Assembly: GCF_009914755.1 (NCBI RefSeq)
Contig: NC_060947.1
Length of the DNA stretch: 64,000 nucleotides
Reading direction: 5' to 3' (one strand)
Source of the DNA: the human T2T-CHM13v2.0 reference genome, Homo sapiens
Every line of letters begins with the position of its first letter. The first letter of the stretch is position 1. The position numbers were made by a program, and so were the translations under genes. The notes under the pieces were generated by a model. It ran no database searches and had not been told where the DNA came from. It saw only the letters and a list, made by a program, of their open reading frames with translations. Shown here one piece after another: positions 1-13,013 of this stretch.

Positions 1-929
1 AATATCACTGAATTACAAATCATGTATTATTCATTTATTATTACTATTGTTTTGACTGACAAGGTTTTAGGAAAAGCAGGCAAATGGCAGCAAGTGAAAG
101 AGCATAGAGACCTGTGGAGAAATTCTCAAGAAAGCTTGTGGGCAGTTTTTACGACTGTAGATGGCACTAGCTCTTCAGAATGTCTCATTTCTCTGTAAAA
201 TACATGGCTTCTCTTTTTCTTGATTTGGGGTGGGGAGAGGATAAAGGATTACCCACGATGAAGGGTTCTCCAAGACCCCAAAGGAAAGAAAAGTGTATAT
301 AGGCACGTTATAAACTGGAAAGGACGAATACTGCGGCCATCCTGACTCCTCCCAGAATGAATCCCACTCTTAACTCTCTGGATCCCTTGCCCCAGCTGAG
401 CCCAGGCAGCCAGGGTTGCATTACTGCCATGTGGCCACTAGGGACACTCTTGGTGTCCTCCTAAATTTATAGAAATTAGTGTAACCAGAGGAAATTTTCT
501 CCTTAGCTTTTCTGAGATAGACTAAAATTTTTGAAAAGTGACCTCGCAGAGAAGCTAAGGAAAAAGAATACTGAAATAGGCAAAACAATTCAAAAACAGA
601 GAGACCAATGAGTTTAGAGAGCACTAATTTTGTGCCTCTGCTTTTATAAACTCTAATTACATAACTTGGCAGTTATCTACTAAATTTTACATGAGCATAT
701 TCTCCAGCTGAGCAGTTCTACTTTCAAGTCTCTATCCATAGAAATTCTTGCACATCAGCAGAAAGAGGCATTTATAAGTATTCTTGCTGTAGTACTGTTT
801 GTAATGTCAAAAGAAAGAATGACAGAAATGGAAGGACAAAGGGACAGAAGGTGAGAAGAAAGGAGAAGGCATAAAAGGGGACCATTTACATCAATTGGCT
901 TGCCCAAACAATAAAATATAGAATACTGT

Positions 930-1250
930 TCAATCATTTAAAAGGAGATAGATCGGTTCATACTAACGTAGAAAGAGCTATAACATATATTGTCGCGTGA
1001 AGAAAGTAGGCTGTAAAACAAAGCATACAGGAGGATATTATTTATGTAAAAAACCACAAAACCAAGCAAGATAGATATAGATATAGATATAGACATATAT
1101 ATAGTTAAATTCATATACAAATTTCTGAGGGGATGCATATCAGATTAGTGGTGGAAGGTAGTTCAAAGATAATTTTTACTTTATCATCTTTGGGTATTTT
1201 TTTAAATGAGACTGTATTTCATATACTTATAGTTTCCCTTTTAATTTAGA
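930..1250 (+). mobile_element. Old L1 (L1ME-like) 3' UTR fragment
   Basis: Degenerate L1ME 3'-end-like text (gaatactgttcaatcatttaaaagg...catatattgtcgcgtgaagaaagtagg) with an internal (TAGATA)n tract; boundaries approximate. Confidence 0.4.
1069..1104. repeat. (TAGATA)n/(TA)n microsatellite
   Basis: agatagatatagatatagatatagacatatatatag read directly. Confidence 0.85.
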
Positions 1251-1479
1251 AACATAATTGTAACTTCCAGCCACGAGAACCCAAGGTGGCTTATGATTGG
1301 CACCATAACAGCCCAAAGCCATCCTCCAATCAGTTCCCGTAGGTTCAGATTGTCCACTGTGGTCCAGACTGCATCCTACTTCAGAATGGCAGCCTCAACC
1401 GCCTTCCTAGAGTCTTCCCTAAGGTTTGGTTGGAATTTACCTTTCTGTTGCTCTTAAAAGCATTTATACATTCACTATT

Positions 1480-1592
1480 TGTTCAAATCCATCAATTAAT
1501 TTTTGAGTGCCCACTATTTGCTACGGGCTGAGAGTAAAATTGTAGATAAAAACAGACATGGCCCTTTTTTATGATCCAGAACTTAGAGTCAA
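1480..1592 (-). mobile_element. L2 3'-end fragment
   Basis: ttcaaatccatcaattaatttttgagtgcccactatttgcta...aaaacagacatggccc resembles the reverse complement of the L2 3' terminus. Confidence 0.5.
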
Positions 1593-1800
1593 TGTTCTTG
1601 AGTGGAAAGAGCTTGGGCTCAGTGCCAGGGTTCAGTTTCATCTCTACATCACTTGGGACAAGTATCTCAGTGTCCTCATCTGTACAGTGGGAAAATAATG
1701 CTACTTACTTGCCAAGTTTGAAGTGAGGATTCAATGAAGTAGTGCAAGTAACTCATGAAGAAAAGCACCTGGAGTATAACAACTGCTTGAAGAGTGTTAA
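1593..1800 (+). mobile_element. MIR SINE
   Basis: MIR core: cacttgggacaagt..ctcagtgtcctcatctgtacagtggg..ataatg..gtgaggattcaatga. Confidence 0.6.
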
Positions 1801-3483
1801 CCTCTTTCCTTCCTTCTTCATATTTTCCTGCATTCAACTTTTTAAAAGAATATTAGGTGGAGCTGGGCCAAGATGATGGACTAGAAGCAGCTCATGTGTG
1901 CCACTCTCACGGATAGAAAACAAAAGGCTAGTGAATACTGTCCCTACAGCCTGATCATCTGAGAAACCATGTTGGGATTCATCAAGGCAGCAGGGGAACA
2001 CAGAGAGCAGAGAGGAACGAAGCTGGGCCCCACGTTGCCTAGACTCAGTGTGGAGCTGGGAGAACCTCTCCAACATAGGAAAGGGTCAGTGAGTGAGATC
2101 CCCCAGGGGGATTCACATTCCCCACAGGGACCTGTGCAAGACTGGGAACAGGATAATACCACTGGTTCCCCTGAACCACCCCCGCACCCTGCTTCTAGAC
2201 TGAGGCAGAGAGCCACCTGGATGTTTTGCAGGGGCAACTCTCCAGTCCAAAGGGACCTCTACAAGCCTTAGGCCTCAGAGTAAACAAGCGCTGGTGCCAT
2301 AGCACCAGTAGAGGCCACCGTTGCCATGCCTGGGAGCAGTAACATTACTTCACCACCCCCCTTGCGAGACAGGGCTCAGTACCAGCTTCCAGGCCAGTGG
2401 TCCCACTTTTGTTTGAACTTGGCCGGCCACTCCACCCAACTCCGCCATTGGCAGCCAGACGGGCAACACTTGCTAGAGCTTCCCGCACAGTGGCCTGGCT
2501 TCTGTGTGAACTCAGCCAGAGTGGGCAGCTTCCAGTTGTCCCAGGAAACAACTGGACAGCAGAACGTACAACGCCACCTGCCCCCACCACTGGGAACCAG
2601 GAGGGCAATGCCTGCTAGAGCTTCTAGCTCAGTGGTCCTGCTTCTGTGTGAATTCAGCGAAAGTGTACAGCTTCCTGTTGTCCAGGGAAATACCCAGAAC
2701 ACAGAGCACATGGCCCCACATGCACTCAGGCACCGTAGTCCTCCTACAATGTGAACTCAGCCAGTGCTCACAGTTGCCTGTTGTCCCAGGAAGCACCCAG
2801 ACACCAGGGTAGGTGACCTTACCCCTGCTGCTGCTAGCCAGGCAGGAAATGCCTGCTAGAGCTTGCAGGCCAGCAGTCTCGCTTCTGTGTGAACTCAGCT
2901 GGAGGGTGCAGCTTCCTGTTTTCCTAGGAAACTCCCATTTGGCAGGGCAGGCGTCCCCTGCCTGTAGCCAGGGGAGCTATGCCTGCTGGGGTTTCCAGCC
3001 CAGTGGCCCTATTTCTGCCTGAATTTGCCGAGGGCTACAGCCATGGAAACACCCAGACAGCAGGGCAGACACTCCACCCACCCCCACCTCTCATAGCTAA
3101 ACAGGCCAAACCCACTAGATCTTCCAACCTAGTGGACCTGCTTCCACCTGAACTCTGTGGGCAGGCACAACCCTGTCTCTTCCCAGGAAGCACACAGACA
3201 GCATATTAAGGCCTACTTGGCAAAAATAAGGCTTGTCTGCCAATTGTGGCCCCTGTGGGGAGCCCCGTGGACCAGAACACCCCAAAAAAGAAACACAGGC
3301 ACAGAGACAGTAATCAGAGGGGGCTCCTCCAAGATGGAGGAGTGGACTAGAATCGTAGCTAGTCAACTGAACCCACCTTATGCCATAATCAAACCCTCAA
3401 GGGTATCAAAGAAGAAAACAGAAAAAAAAAATCCATTCAAAAGATGGCAACTTCAAAGACTGAAGGAACATCAGCCCACGCAA

Positions 3484-4493
3484 ATGAGAAAGAAACAGCA
3501 AAAAAAAGTCTGGCAACTTGAAAAGCCAGAGTGCCTTCTTACCTCCAAATGGCAATACGAATTTCCCAGCAATGGTTCTTAACTAGGCTGAAATGACTGA
3601 AAAGTCAGAAATAGAATTCAGAATATGGACAGGAACAAAGATGATCGACATACAGGAGATAGTGGAAACCCAATCCAAGAAATCTAAGGATTAGAGTGAA
3701 ACAACACAGCAGAGGATAAAGCAAATGACCATTATAAGAAAAAAACAAACTTGTCTGACAGAGCTAAAAAACACACTAGAATAATTTCAAAATGCAATCA
3801 CAAGTATCAACAGCAGAATTGACCAAACTGAGGAAAGAGTCTCAGAACTTGAAGACTGGCTCTCCAAAACAACTCAGTCAGGCAAAAATAAAATACAAAC
3901 AATAAAGAAGAATGAACAAAACCTCTGATAAATATGGAATAATGTAAAGACACCAAATCTATGACTCATTGGCATCCCTGAAAGAGAGGGAGAGAAAACA
4001 GGCAACATGGAAAACATATTTCAGGATATAATGCATGAAAATTTTCCCAGCCTCACTAGAGAGGCCAACATTCAAATTCAGGAAATGCAGAGAACCCTTG
4101 CAAAATACTAGAAGACCATCCCCGAAACACATAGCAATCAGATTCTCCAAGATCAAAATTAAAGAAAATAAGTTGAAGGCAGCAAGAGATAAGGGATAGG
4201 TCACCTACAAAGGGAACCCCATCAGGCTAACAGCAAACCTGTCAGCATAAACCCTGCAAACCAGAAGAGATTGTGGGTGTATTTTCAGCATTCTTAAAGA
4301 AAATAAATTCCAATCAAGAATTTCATATCTAATCTGACTAAGCTTCATAAGTGAAGGAGGAATAAGATGCTTTTCAGACAAGCAAATGTTAAGGGAATTT
4401 ATTACCACCAGACATGCCTTACAAGAAGCACTTAAGGGAGTGTTAAACATGGAAAGGAAAGACTGTTACTGGCCACTACAAAAACACACTTAA
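3484..4493 (+). pseudogene. L1 ORF1p remnant (stops and frameshifts)
   Basis: atgagaaagaaacag start; coiled-coil and RRM-coding L1 text (agcagaattgaccaaactgaggaaagagtctcagaacttgaagac; aagggaaccccatcaggctaacagca). Confidence 0.8.
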
Positions 4494-4998
4494 GTACATA
4501 GAACAGTGACACTAAAGCAGCCACACAAACAAGTCTGCATAATAATGAGCTACCAACATAATGACAGGATCAGACTGCACATATCAATACTAACATTGAA
4601 TGTAAATGAGCTAAATGCCCCAATTAAAAGGCACAGAGTGGCAAGTTAGATAAAGAAGCAATGCCCAATGGTATGCTCTCTTTAAAAGACCCATCTCACA
4701 TGCAATGACACCCATAGACTCAAAGTAAAGAGATGGAGAAAAATTTCCAAGCAAACAGGAAACAAAAAAAGGCAGGGGTTGCTATTCTCATTTCAGACAA
4801 AACAGACTTTAAGCCAACAAAGACCAAAAAAAGACAAAGGAGGATTATATCATAGTAAAAGTTTCAATTCAATAAGAAGACCTAGCAATCCTAAATATAT
4901 GCATCCAACACAGGAGCACCCAGATTGATAAAGCAAATTCTTAGAGACTTATGAGAGACTTAGATAACCACATAATAATAGTGGGAGACTTCTACACC

Positions 4999-6448
4999 TA
5001 AATTGGTACCTAGGGAGTGGGGTACTGCTATAAAGATAACCTCATGTGGATGTGACTTTGAAACTGGGTAATGGGCAGAGGTTGAAACAGTTTGGAGGGC
5101 TCAGAAGAAGATGGGAAGATATGGGAAAGTTTGGGACTTCCTAGAAACTTGTCGAAAGTGCTGATAGGGATGTGGACAATGAAGCCCAGGCTGAGGTGGT
5201 CTCAGATGGAGATAAGGAACTTACTGGGAACTGGAGCAAAGGTCACTCTTGTTATGCTTTAGCAAAGAGACTGGCGGCATTTGCCACTGCCCTAGAGATT
5301 GGTGGAACTTTGAACTTGAGAGAGATGATCTAAAATTGGAACTTATGTTTAAAAGGGAAGCAGAACATAAAAGTTTGGGAAATTTGCAGCCTGACAATGT
5401 GACAGAAAAGAAAAACCCATTTTCTGGGGAGAAATTCAAGCCAGCTGCAGAAATTTGCATAAGCAATGGGGAGCCAAATGTTACTCACCAAGACAATGGG
5501 GAAAATGTCTCCAGGGCATGTCAGAGACCTTCACAGCAGCCCCTCCCATCACAGGCTGGGAGGCTAGGAGGGAAAAATGGTTTGTGGGCTGGGCTCAGGG
5601 CCCCGCTGCTTTGTGCAGCCCAGAGACTTGGTGTCCTGTATCCCAGCCAGCCGCTCCAGCTCCAGCTGTAGCTAAAAGGGGCCAAGGTACAGCACGGGCC
5701 ATTGCTTCAGAAGGTGCAAGCAGTGTGAGAACAGACTAATACATATGGAAACACCTGGATGTCTAAGCAGAAGTTTGCTGCAGGGGTGGAGCCATCATGG
5801 AGAACCTCTGCTAGGGCAGAGCAGAAGGGAAATGTGGGGTTGGAGCCCCCACACAGAGTCCCCACTGGGGCACTGGCTAGTGGATCTGTGAGAAACAGGC
5901 CACCATCCTCGAGAACCCAGAATGGTAGATCCATGAAGAGCTTGCACTGTGCACCTGGAAAAGATGCAGACACAACACGAGCCCATGAAAGCAATGGGTT
6001 GGGCGTGAGGCATAGAGGGCTGTACGTTGCAAAGCCACAGGGGCAGAGCTGCCCAAGGCCATGGGAGCACATCCTTTGCATCAGCGTGCCCTGAATGTGA
6101 GACATGGAGCCAAAGGAGACTATTTTGGAGCTTTAAGAGTTAATGACTGCCCTGCTGGATTTTGGACTTGCATGGGGCCTGTAGCCCCTTGGTTTTGGCC
6201 AATTTCTCCCATTTGGAAAGGCAGCATTTATCCAATGCCTCTACCCCCACTATATCTTGGAAGTAACTAACATGTTTTTTATTTTACAGGCTCATAGGTG
6301 GAAAGCACTTGACTTATTTCAGATGAGACTTTGGAATTGGATTTTTGAGTTAATGCTGGAATGAGTTAAGAGTTTGGAGGACTGTTGGGAAGGCATGATT
6401 GTGTTTTGAAATGTGATGACATGAGATTTGGGAAGGCCAGGGGCAGAA
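4999..6448 (+). mobile_element. MaLR internal region (THE1-int/MST-int) inserted in L1 ORF2
   Basis: aaattggtacc...ctgctataaagata start; MaLR ORF remnants (ORF track 5249-5671, 5759-6094); polypurine tract gggaaggccaggggcagaa before the 3' LTR; TSD acacc (4994-4998)/acgcc (6842-6846). Confidence 0.9.
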
Positions 6449-6841
6449 TATGGTTTGGCTCTGTGTCCTGACCCAAATCTCATCTTGAATTGTAATCTGA
6501 ATTATAATCCCCACATGTCAAGGGAGAGACCTGATGAAAGGTGATTGGATCATGGAGTCAGTTTCTCCCATACTGTTCTCATGATACTGAGGGAATTCTC
6601 ACAAGAGCTGATAGTTTTAAAATTGTTTGGCAGTTGCTCCTTCATTTGCACTCTTTTGTTTGCTCTTCTCTCTCCTGCTGCCTTGTGAAGAAGGTGCTTG
6701 CTTCCCCTTTGCTTTCTTCCATGATTGTAAGTTTCCTAAAGCCTCCCCAGCCATGTGGAACTGTAAGTCAATTAAACTCCTTTCCTTCATAAATTACAGT
6801 CTCAGGTATTTCTTTATAGCAGTGTGAAACAGACTAATACA
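6449..6841 (+). mobile_element. MaLR 3' LTR (THE1D/MSTA-like)
   Basis: tatggtttggctctgtgtcc..caaatctcatcttgaattgtaat ... agcagtgtgaaacagactaataca. Confidence 0.9.
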
Positions 6842-7119
6842 ACGCCCCACTGATAGTTTTAGACAGATAATTAAGGTAGAAAACTAACAAAGATATTCAG
6901 GACCTGAACTTGACACTTGACCAAATGGAACTAAAAGACATCTACAGAACTCTTCAACCAAAAACAATAGAATATACCTTCTTCTTATCTGCACATGGCA
7001 CGTACTCTAAAATCAATGACACAACTGGGCATAAAACAATCCCCAGCAAATTTAAAAAAAAATCATACCAACCACACTCTCAGACCACAGTGCAATAAAA
7101 ATAGAAATCAATGCTAAGG

Positions 7120-7416
<297 letters not shown>

Positions 7417-7591
7417 GGAAAGAAGGAAGGAGGGAAGGAGGGAAGGAGGGAAGGAGAGAAGGAGGGAAGGAGGGAAGGAGGAAAGGAGGGAAGGAGGGAA
7501 GGAGAGAGGGAGGGAAGGAGGGAGGGAGGGAAGGAGGGAGGGAAGGAAAGAGGGAGGGAGGGAGGAAGGAAGGAAGGAAGGAAAGAAAGGA

Positions 7592-7643
<52 letters not shown>

Positions 7644-7733
7644 GAAAGAAAGAATGAAAGAAAGAAAGAAAGAAAGAAGGAAAGAAAGAAAAAAAAGAAA
7701 GAAAGAAGGAAAGAAAGAAAGAAGAAAGAAAGG
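7417..7733. repeat. Compound purine microsatellite (GGAA/GGGA)n then (GAAA)n grown from the Alu tail
   Basis: About 317 bp of almost pure A/G read directly. Confidence 0.97.
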
Positions 7734-7920
7734 CAGGCTAAGAAAATCACTCAAAACCATACAATTGTGTGGAAAGTAAACAACCTACTCCTGAATGACT
7801 TCTGCATAAATAACCAAATTAAGGCAGAAATCAAGAAATTCTTTGAAAGTAATGAGAACAATGATACAGCATACCAGAATCTCTGCGACGCAACCAAAGC
7901 AGTGTAAGAAAGAAGTATAT

Positions 7921-8085
7921 TTATATTTTTCCTTCTTTCTTTTCTTTTTATTTAATTTTTATTTTAAGTTCAGGTGTATATATGCAGGTTTGTTATATAG
8001 GTAAACTTGTGCCATGGGGATTTGTTTTACAGATTATTTCATCACCCAAGTATGAAGCCAAATACCCATTAGTTATTTTTCCTGA
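7921..8085 (-). mobile_element. 5'-truncated L1PA (about PA13-like) 3'-end fragment, antisense inside L1 ORF2
   Basis: T-rich tail then ttttaagttcagg..gcaggtttgttatataggtaaac; degenerate TSD taagaaagaagtatat (7905-7920)/taagagggacgtttat (8087-8102). Confidence 0.85.
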
Positions 8086-10033
8086 CTAAGAGGGACGTTT
8101 ATAGAACTAAACATCCAAATCAAAAAGTTAGGTCCCAGATTAACAACCTAACATCACATGTAGAAGAACTAGAGAAAAAGAGCAAACCAACCCTAAAGCT
8201 AGCAGATTACAAGAAATAACCAAAATCAGAGCTGAACTGAAGGAAATTGAGACACAAAAAATGATACAAAAGATTAATGATTCCAGGAACTGGTTTTTTG
8301 AAAGCATTAAAAAGATAGATAGAACTTTAGCTACACAAATTTTAAAAAGAGAGAAGATCCAAATAAACACAATCAGAAATGACTAAGGTGATGTCACCAA
8401 CTTTACAGAAATACAAAAATTCCTCAGAGACTGTTATGAGCACCTCTGTGCACACAAGCTAGAAAACCTAGAGGAAATGGATAAATTCCTGGAAACATAC
8501 AACCTCCCAAGATTGAACCAGGAAGCAATTGAATCCCTAAACAGACTAATGAGTTCTGAAATTAAATCAGTAATAAAAAGCCTACCAGCAAGAAAAAGCT
8601 CAGGACCACATGGATTCATAGCTTAACTCTACCATATGTTTAAGGAAGAGCTGGTACCATTCTTACAGAAACTATTCCAAAAAATTGAGGAGGAGGGATT
8701 CCTCCCTAACTCATTATATGAGGCCAGCATCATCCTGTTACAAAAACCTGGAAAAGACACAACAAAAAAAGAAAATGCCAATGTCCTTGATGAATATAGA
8801 TGCAAAAATCCTCAACAAAATACTAGCAAATCAAATTCAACAGCACATCAAAAAGCTAATCCACCATAATCAAGTAAATTTTATCCCTGGGATGCAAGAT
8901 TGGTTTAACGTACATACATCAGTAAATGTGATTCACCACACAAACAGAACTAAAGACAAAAACCACATAATTATCTCAAAAGATGCAGAAAAGGCCTTTG
9001 ATAAAATTCAACATCCCTTCATGTTAAAAACCCTCAACAAACTAATCACTGAAGGAACATACCTCAAAATAATAAGAGCTATCTACGAGAAACCCACAAC
9101 CAATCACATGGAATGAGCAAAACCTGGAAGCATTCCCCTTGAAAACCAGCACAAGACAAGGATGCCCTCTCTCAACACTCAGATTCAACGTAGTATTGGA
9201 AGCCCTGGCCAGAGCAATCAGGCAAGAGAAAGAAATAAAGGGCATCCAAATAGGAAGAGAGGCAGTCAAACTATTCCTGTTTGCAGATGACATGATTTTA
9301 TATCTAGAAAACCCCATAATCTTGGTCCAAAAGCTCCTTCAGCTGATAAACAACTACAGCAAAGTTTCAGGATACAAAATCAATGTACAAAAATCAGTAG
9401 CATTTCTACACACCTATAACATCCAAGACGAGAGGCAAATCAAGAATGCAATCCCATTCACAATAGCAACAAAAAATAACACAGCTAGGAGTACAGCTAA
9501 CCAAGAAATTAAAAGACCGCTACAACAAGAATTACAAAACACTACTGAAAGAAATCAGAGATAACACAAAAAAATATTAAACCATTCCACACTCATGGAT
9601 AGGAAAAACCAATATTGTTTTAATGGCCATACTGCCCAAAGCAATTTACAGATTCGGTGCTATTCCTATCAAGCTACCAATGACATTCTGCACAGAATTA
9701 GGAAAAACTATTTTAAAATTCATATGGGACCAAAAAAGAGCCCAGAAAGCCAAGGCAATCCTAAGCAAAAAGAACAAAGCTGGAGGTATCACACTACCCA
9801 ACTTCAAACTATACTGCAAGGCTACAGTAACCAAAACAGCATGGTACTGGTACAAAAACAGACACATAGACTAGAGGAACAGAATAGAGAGCCCAGAAAT
9901 AATACCACACACCTACAACCATCTGACCTTTGATAAATTTGACCAAAATAAGCAATAGGGAAAGGACTCCCTATTCAACAAATAGTGCTGGGTTAACTGG
10001 CTAGCCACATGCAGGTTGAAACTGGACAACTTC

Positions 10034-10394
10034 TGTATTAACCCACTTTCATACTGCTATGAAGAAATACCCAAGACTGGGTAATTTATAAAGAAAAAGA
10101 GGTTTAATGGACTTACAATCCCACATGGCTGAGGAGGCCTCACAATCATGGTGGAAGATGAAGGAGCAAAGGCATGTCTTACATGGTGGCAGGCAAGACT
10201 GCATGTGCAGGGGAACTGCCCTTTATAAAATCATCAAATCTCATGAGACTCATTCACTATCATGAAAACAGCACAGGAAAAACCCTTCCTCATGATTCAA
10301 TCACCTCCCATTGGGTCTGTCCCACAACATGTGGGGATTATGGGAGCTACGAATGAAGATGAGATTCGGGTAGGGATACAGCCAAACCGTATCA
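10034..10394 (-). mobile_element. THE1 (B/C/D-like) solo LTR
   Basis: tgtatta...ctgctatgaagaaatacccaagactgggtaatttataaag...cagccaaaccgtatca; TSD acttc/ccttc. Confidence 0.92.
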
Positions 10395-10941
10395 CCTTCT
10401 TTACACCATATACAAAAATCAATTCAAGATGGATTAAAGACTTAGACGTAAAACTGAAAATTCTAAAAACCCTGGAAGAAGAAAAATAAGAAAATTCAAA
10501 AAAAAAAAAAAAACCCTGGAAGATAACCTAGGAAATACTCTTCTGAACATAGGTCCTAGCAAAGACTTCACAATTAAGACACCAAAATCAATTGCAACAA
10601 AACCAAAATTGACAAATGGAACCTGGTTAAACTAAAGGGCTTCTGCACAGCAAAATAAGCTATCAAGAGAGTAAACAGACAACCTACAGAAAGGGAGAAA
10701 ATATTTGCAAACTGTGCATTTGACCAAGGTCTAATATCTAGAATCTACAAGGAACTTAAACAAATTTACAAGAAAAAAGCAAACAACCCATTAAAAAAGT
10801 GGGCAAAGGACATGAATAAATATTTTTCAAAAGAAGACAACACGCAGCTAACAAGCATATGAAAAAATCACTGACCATTAAAGAAATGCATCAACATCAC
10901 TGACCATTAAAGAAATGCAAATCAAAACCAAAATGAAATAC

Positions 10942-11311
10942 TGATATGGTTTGGTCTGTGTCCATACCCAAATCTCATCTCGAATTGTAATCCCCATAAT
11001 CCCCACTTGTTGAGGGATGGACCTGGTGGGTGGTGATTGGATAATGGGGGTGGTTTCCCCCATGCTGTTTTTGTGATAGTGAATGAATTCTCACGAGACC
11101 TGATGGTTTTATAAGTGTTTGACAGTTCCTCTTTCACATGCTTCTCTTACCTGCTGCCACGTAAGATGTGCCTGCTTCCCCTTCCACCATGATTGTAAGT
11201 TTCCTGAGGCCTCCCCAGCCATGCAGAACTGTGAGTCAATTAAACCTCTTTTCTAATAAATTACCCAGTCTCCAGCAGTTCTTTAGAGCAGTGTGAGAAC
11301 AAACTAATACA
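10942..11311 (+). mobile_element. THE1D-like solo LTR
   Basis: tgatatggtttggtctgtgtcc...agcagtgtgagaacaaactaataca; TSD aatac/gatac. Confidence 0.92.
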
Positions 11312-12069
11312 GATACCATCTCACACCAGTCAGAATGGCTATTATTAAAAAGTTGAAAAATAACAGGTGCTGGCAAGGTTGCAGAGAAAAGGGAATGCTT
11401 ATACACTGTTGGTCTAAATCTAAATTAGTTCAGCCATTGTGGAAAGCAGTGTGGTGATTTCTCAAAGATCTTAAAACAGAATTACCATTCAACCCAGCAA
11501 TCCCATTGTTGGGTGAGTACCCAAAGGAATAGAAATCATTCTATTATAAAGATACATGCGCATACATGTTCATCACTGTACTGTTCACAATAGCAAAGAT
11601 ATGGAACCCACCTAAATACCCATGAATGGTAGCCTGGATAAAGAAAATGTGGTACACATACACAGTGGAACACCACACAGCCATAAAAAAGGATAAGATC
11701 ATGACCTTTGCAGCAACATGGATGGACCTGGAGGCCATCATCCTAAACAAACTAATACAGAAACAGAAAACCAAATACCATATGTTCTCACTTATAAGTG
11801 GGAGCTAAACTTTTAGTACATACGGACACAAAGAAGGGAACAATAGCCACCAGGGCCTACTTAAGGGTGGAGGCTGGGAGGAGGGTGAGGATCAAAAAAC
11901 TACCTATTGGACTATGCTTATTACCTGGGTGACAAAATAATCAGTACACCAAACTCCCACAATATACATTTTACCTATGTAACAAACCTGCACATGTACC
12001 TCTAAACCTGAAATAAAAATTAAAAAAAAGAAATAATCAATTTCACCAAAAATGTAAAAACAAAATAAT

Positions 12070-12305
12070 AATAGTTATTATTATAGCAAACATTTACTTA
12101 GCTTTTACTATATGCCAGGCACTATTCTAAGTGCTTTACACCTATTAGCTAACTCAATCTTTTCAACAACCTGATGAAATAGATACTATTATTATCCCAT
12201 TTCCAGATGATGAAATTGAGGCACAAGTTAACTAACTTGCCCAAAGTTGCATAGAATTTCAAGCCAAGCAGTCTGACTCAAGAGTCTGTGTTTTTAACAA
12301 CTATT
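12070..12305 (-). mobile_element. MIR SINE
   Basis: atgccaggcactattctaagtgcttta...attatcccatttccagatgatgaaattgaggcac...aacttgcccaa. Confidence 0.8.
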
Positions 12306-12384
12306 CTTCATTTTCTCATAAGTATCTCTACGGGTATGGGCCTCTCTCCCCCCTCCTCCATGATCCATCTATCTTTGTCTTCGT

Positions 12385-12900
<516 letters not shown>

Positions 12901-12970
12901 AATAGGTCTTATTCACTTTGTCTGAGCGACAGTTGCTAACTACATATCAAGGCAGTTTTTTTTTCTTTAG

Positions 12971-13013
12971 GGAAAGTTAGGTTTGCTGTTTGTTGTTCTA
13001 GGCTCCCAGGAAG
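12971..13013 (+). other. Candidate 43-nt exon (unknown transcript)
   Basis: Branch-like gctaac (12935-12940), T9 pyrimidine tract, ctttag acceptor, donor AAG|GTATGT; no transcript evidence. Confidence 0.25.

Noticed and set aside
2330-3200. Repeat-spacer-like periodicity suggesting a CRISPR array
   Set aside because: Units are long, diverged and contiguous within an L1 5' UTR in primate DNA; no constant repeat with unique spacers and no cas genes
1834-3582. Cluster of overlapping 70-140 aa ORFs
   Set aside because: GC-rich L1 5' UTR gives few stops; no recognisable protein
5249-6270. ORFs resembling database 'hypothetical proteins'
   Set aside because: Fragmented MaLR internal ORF remnants
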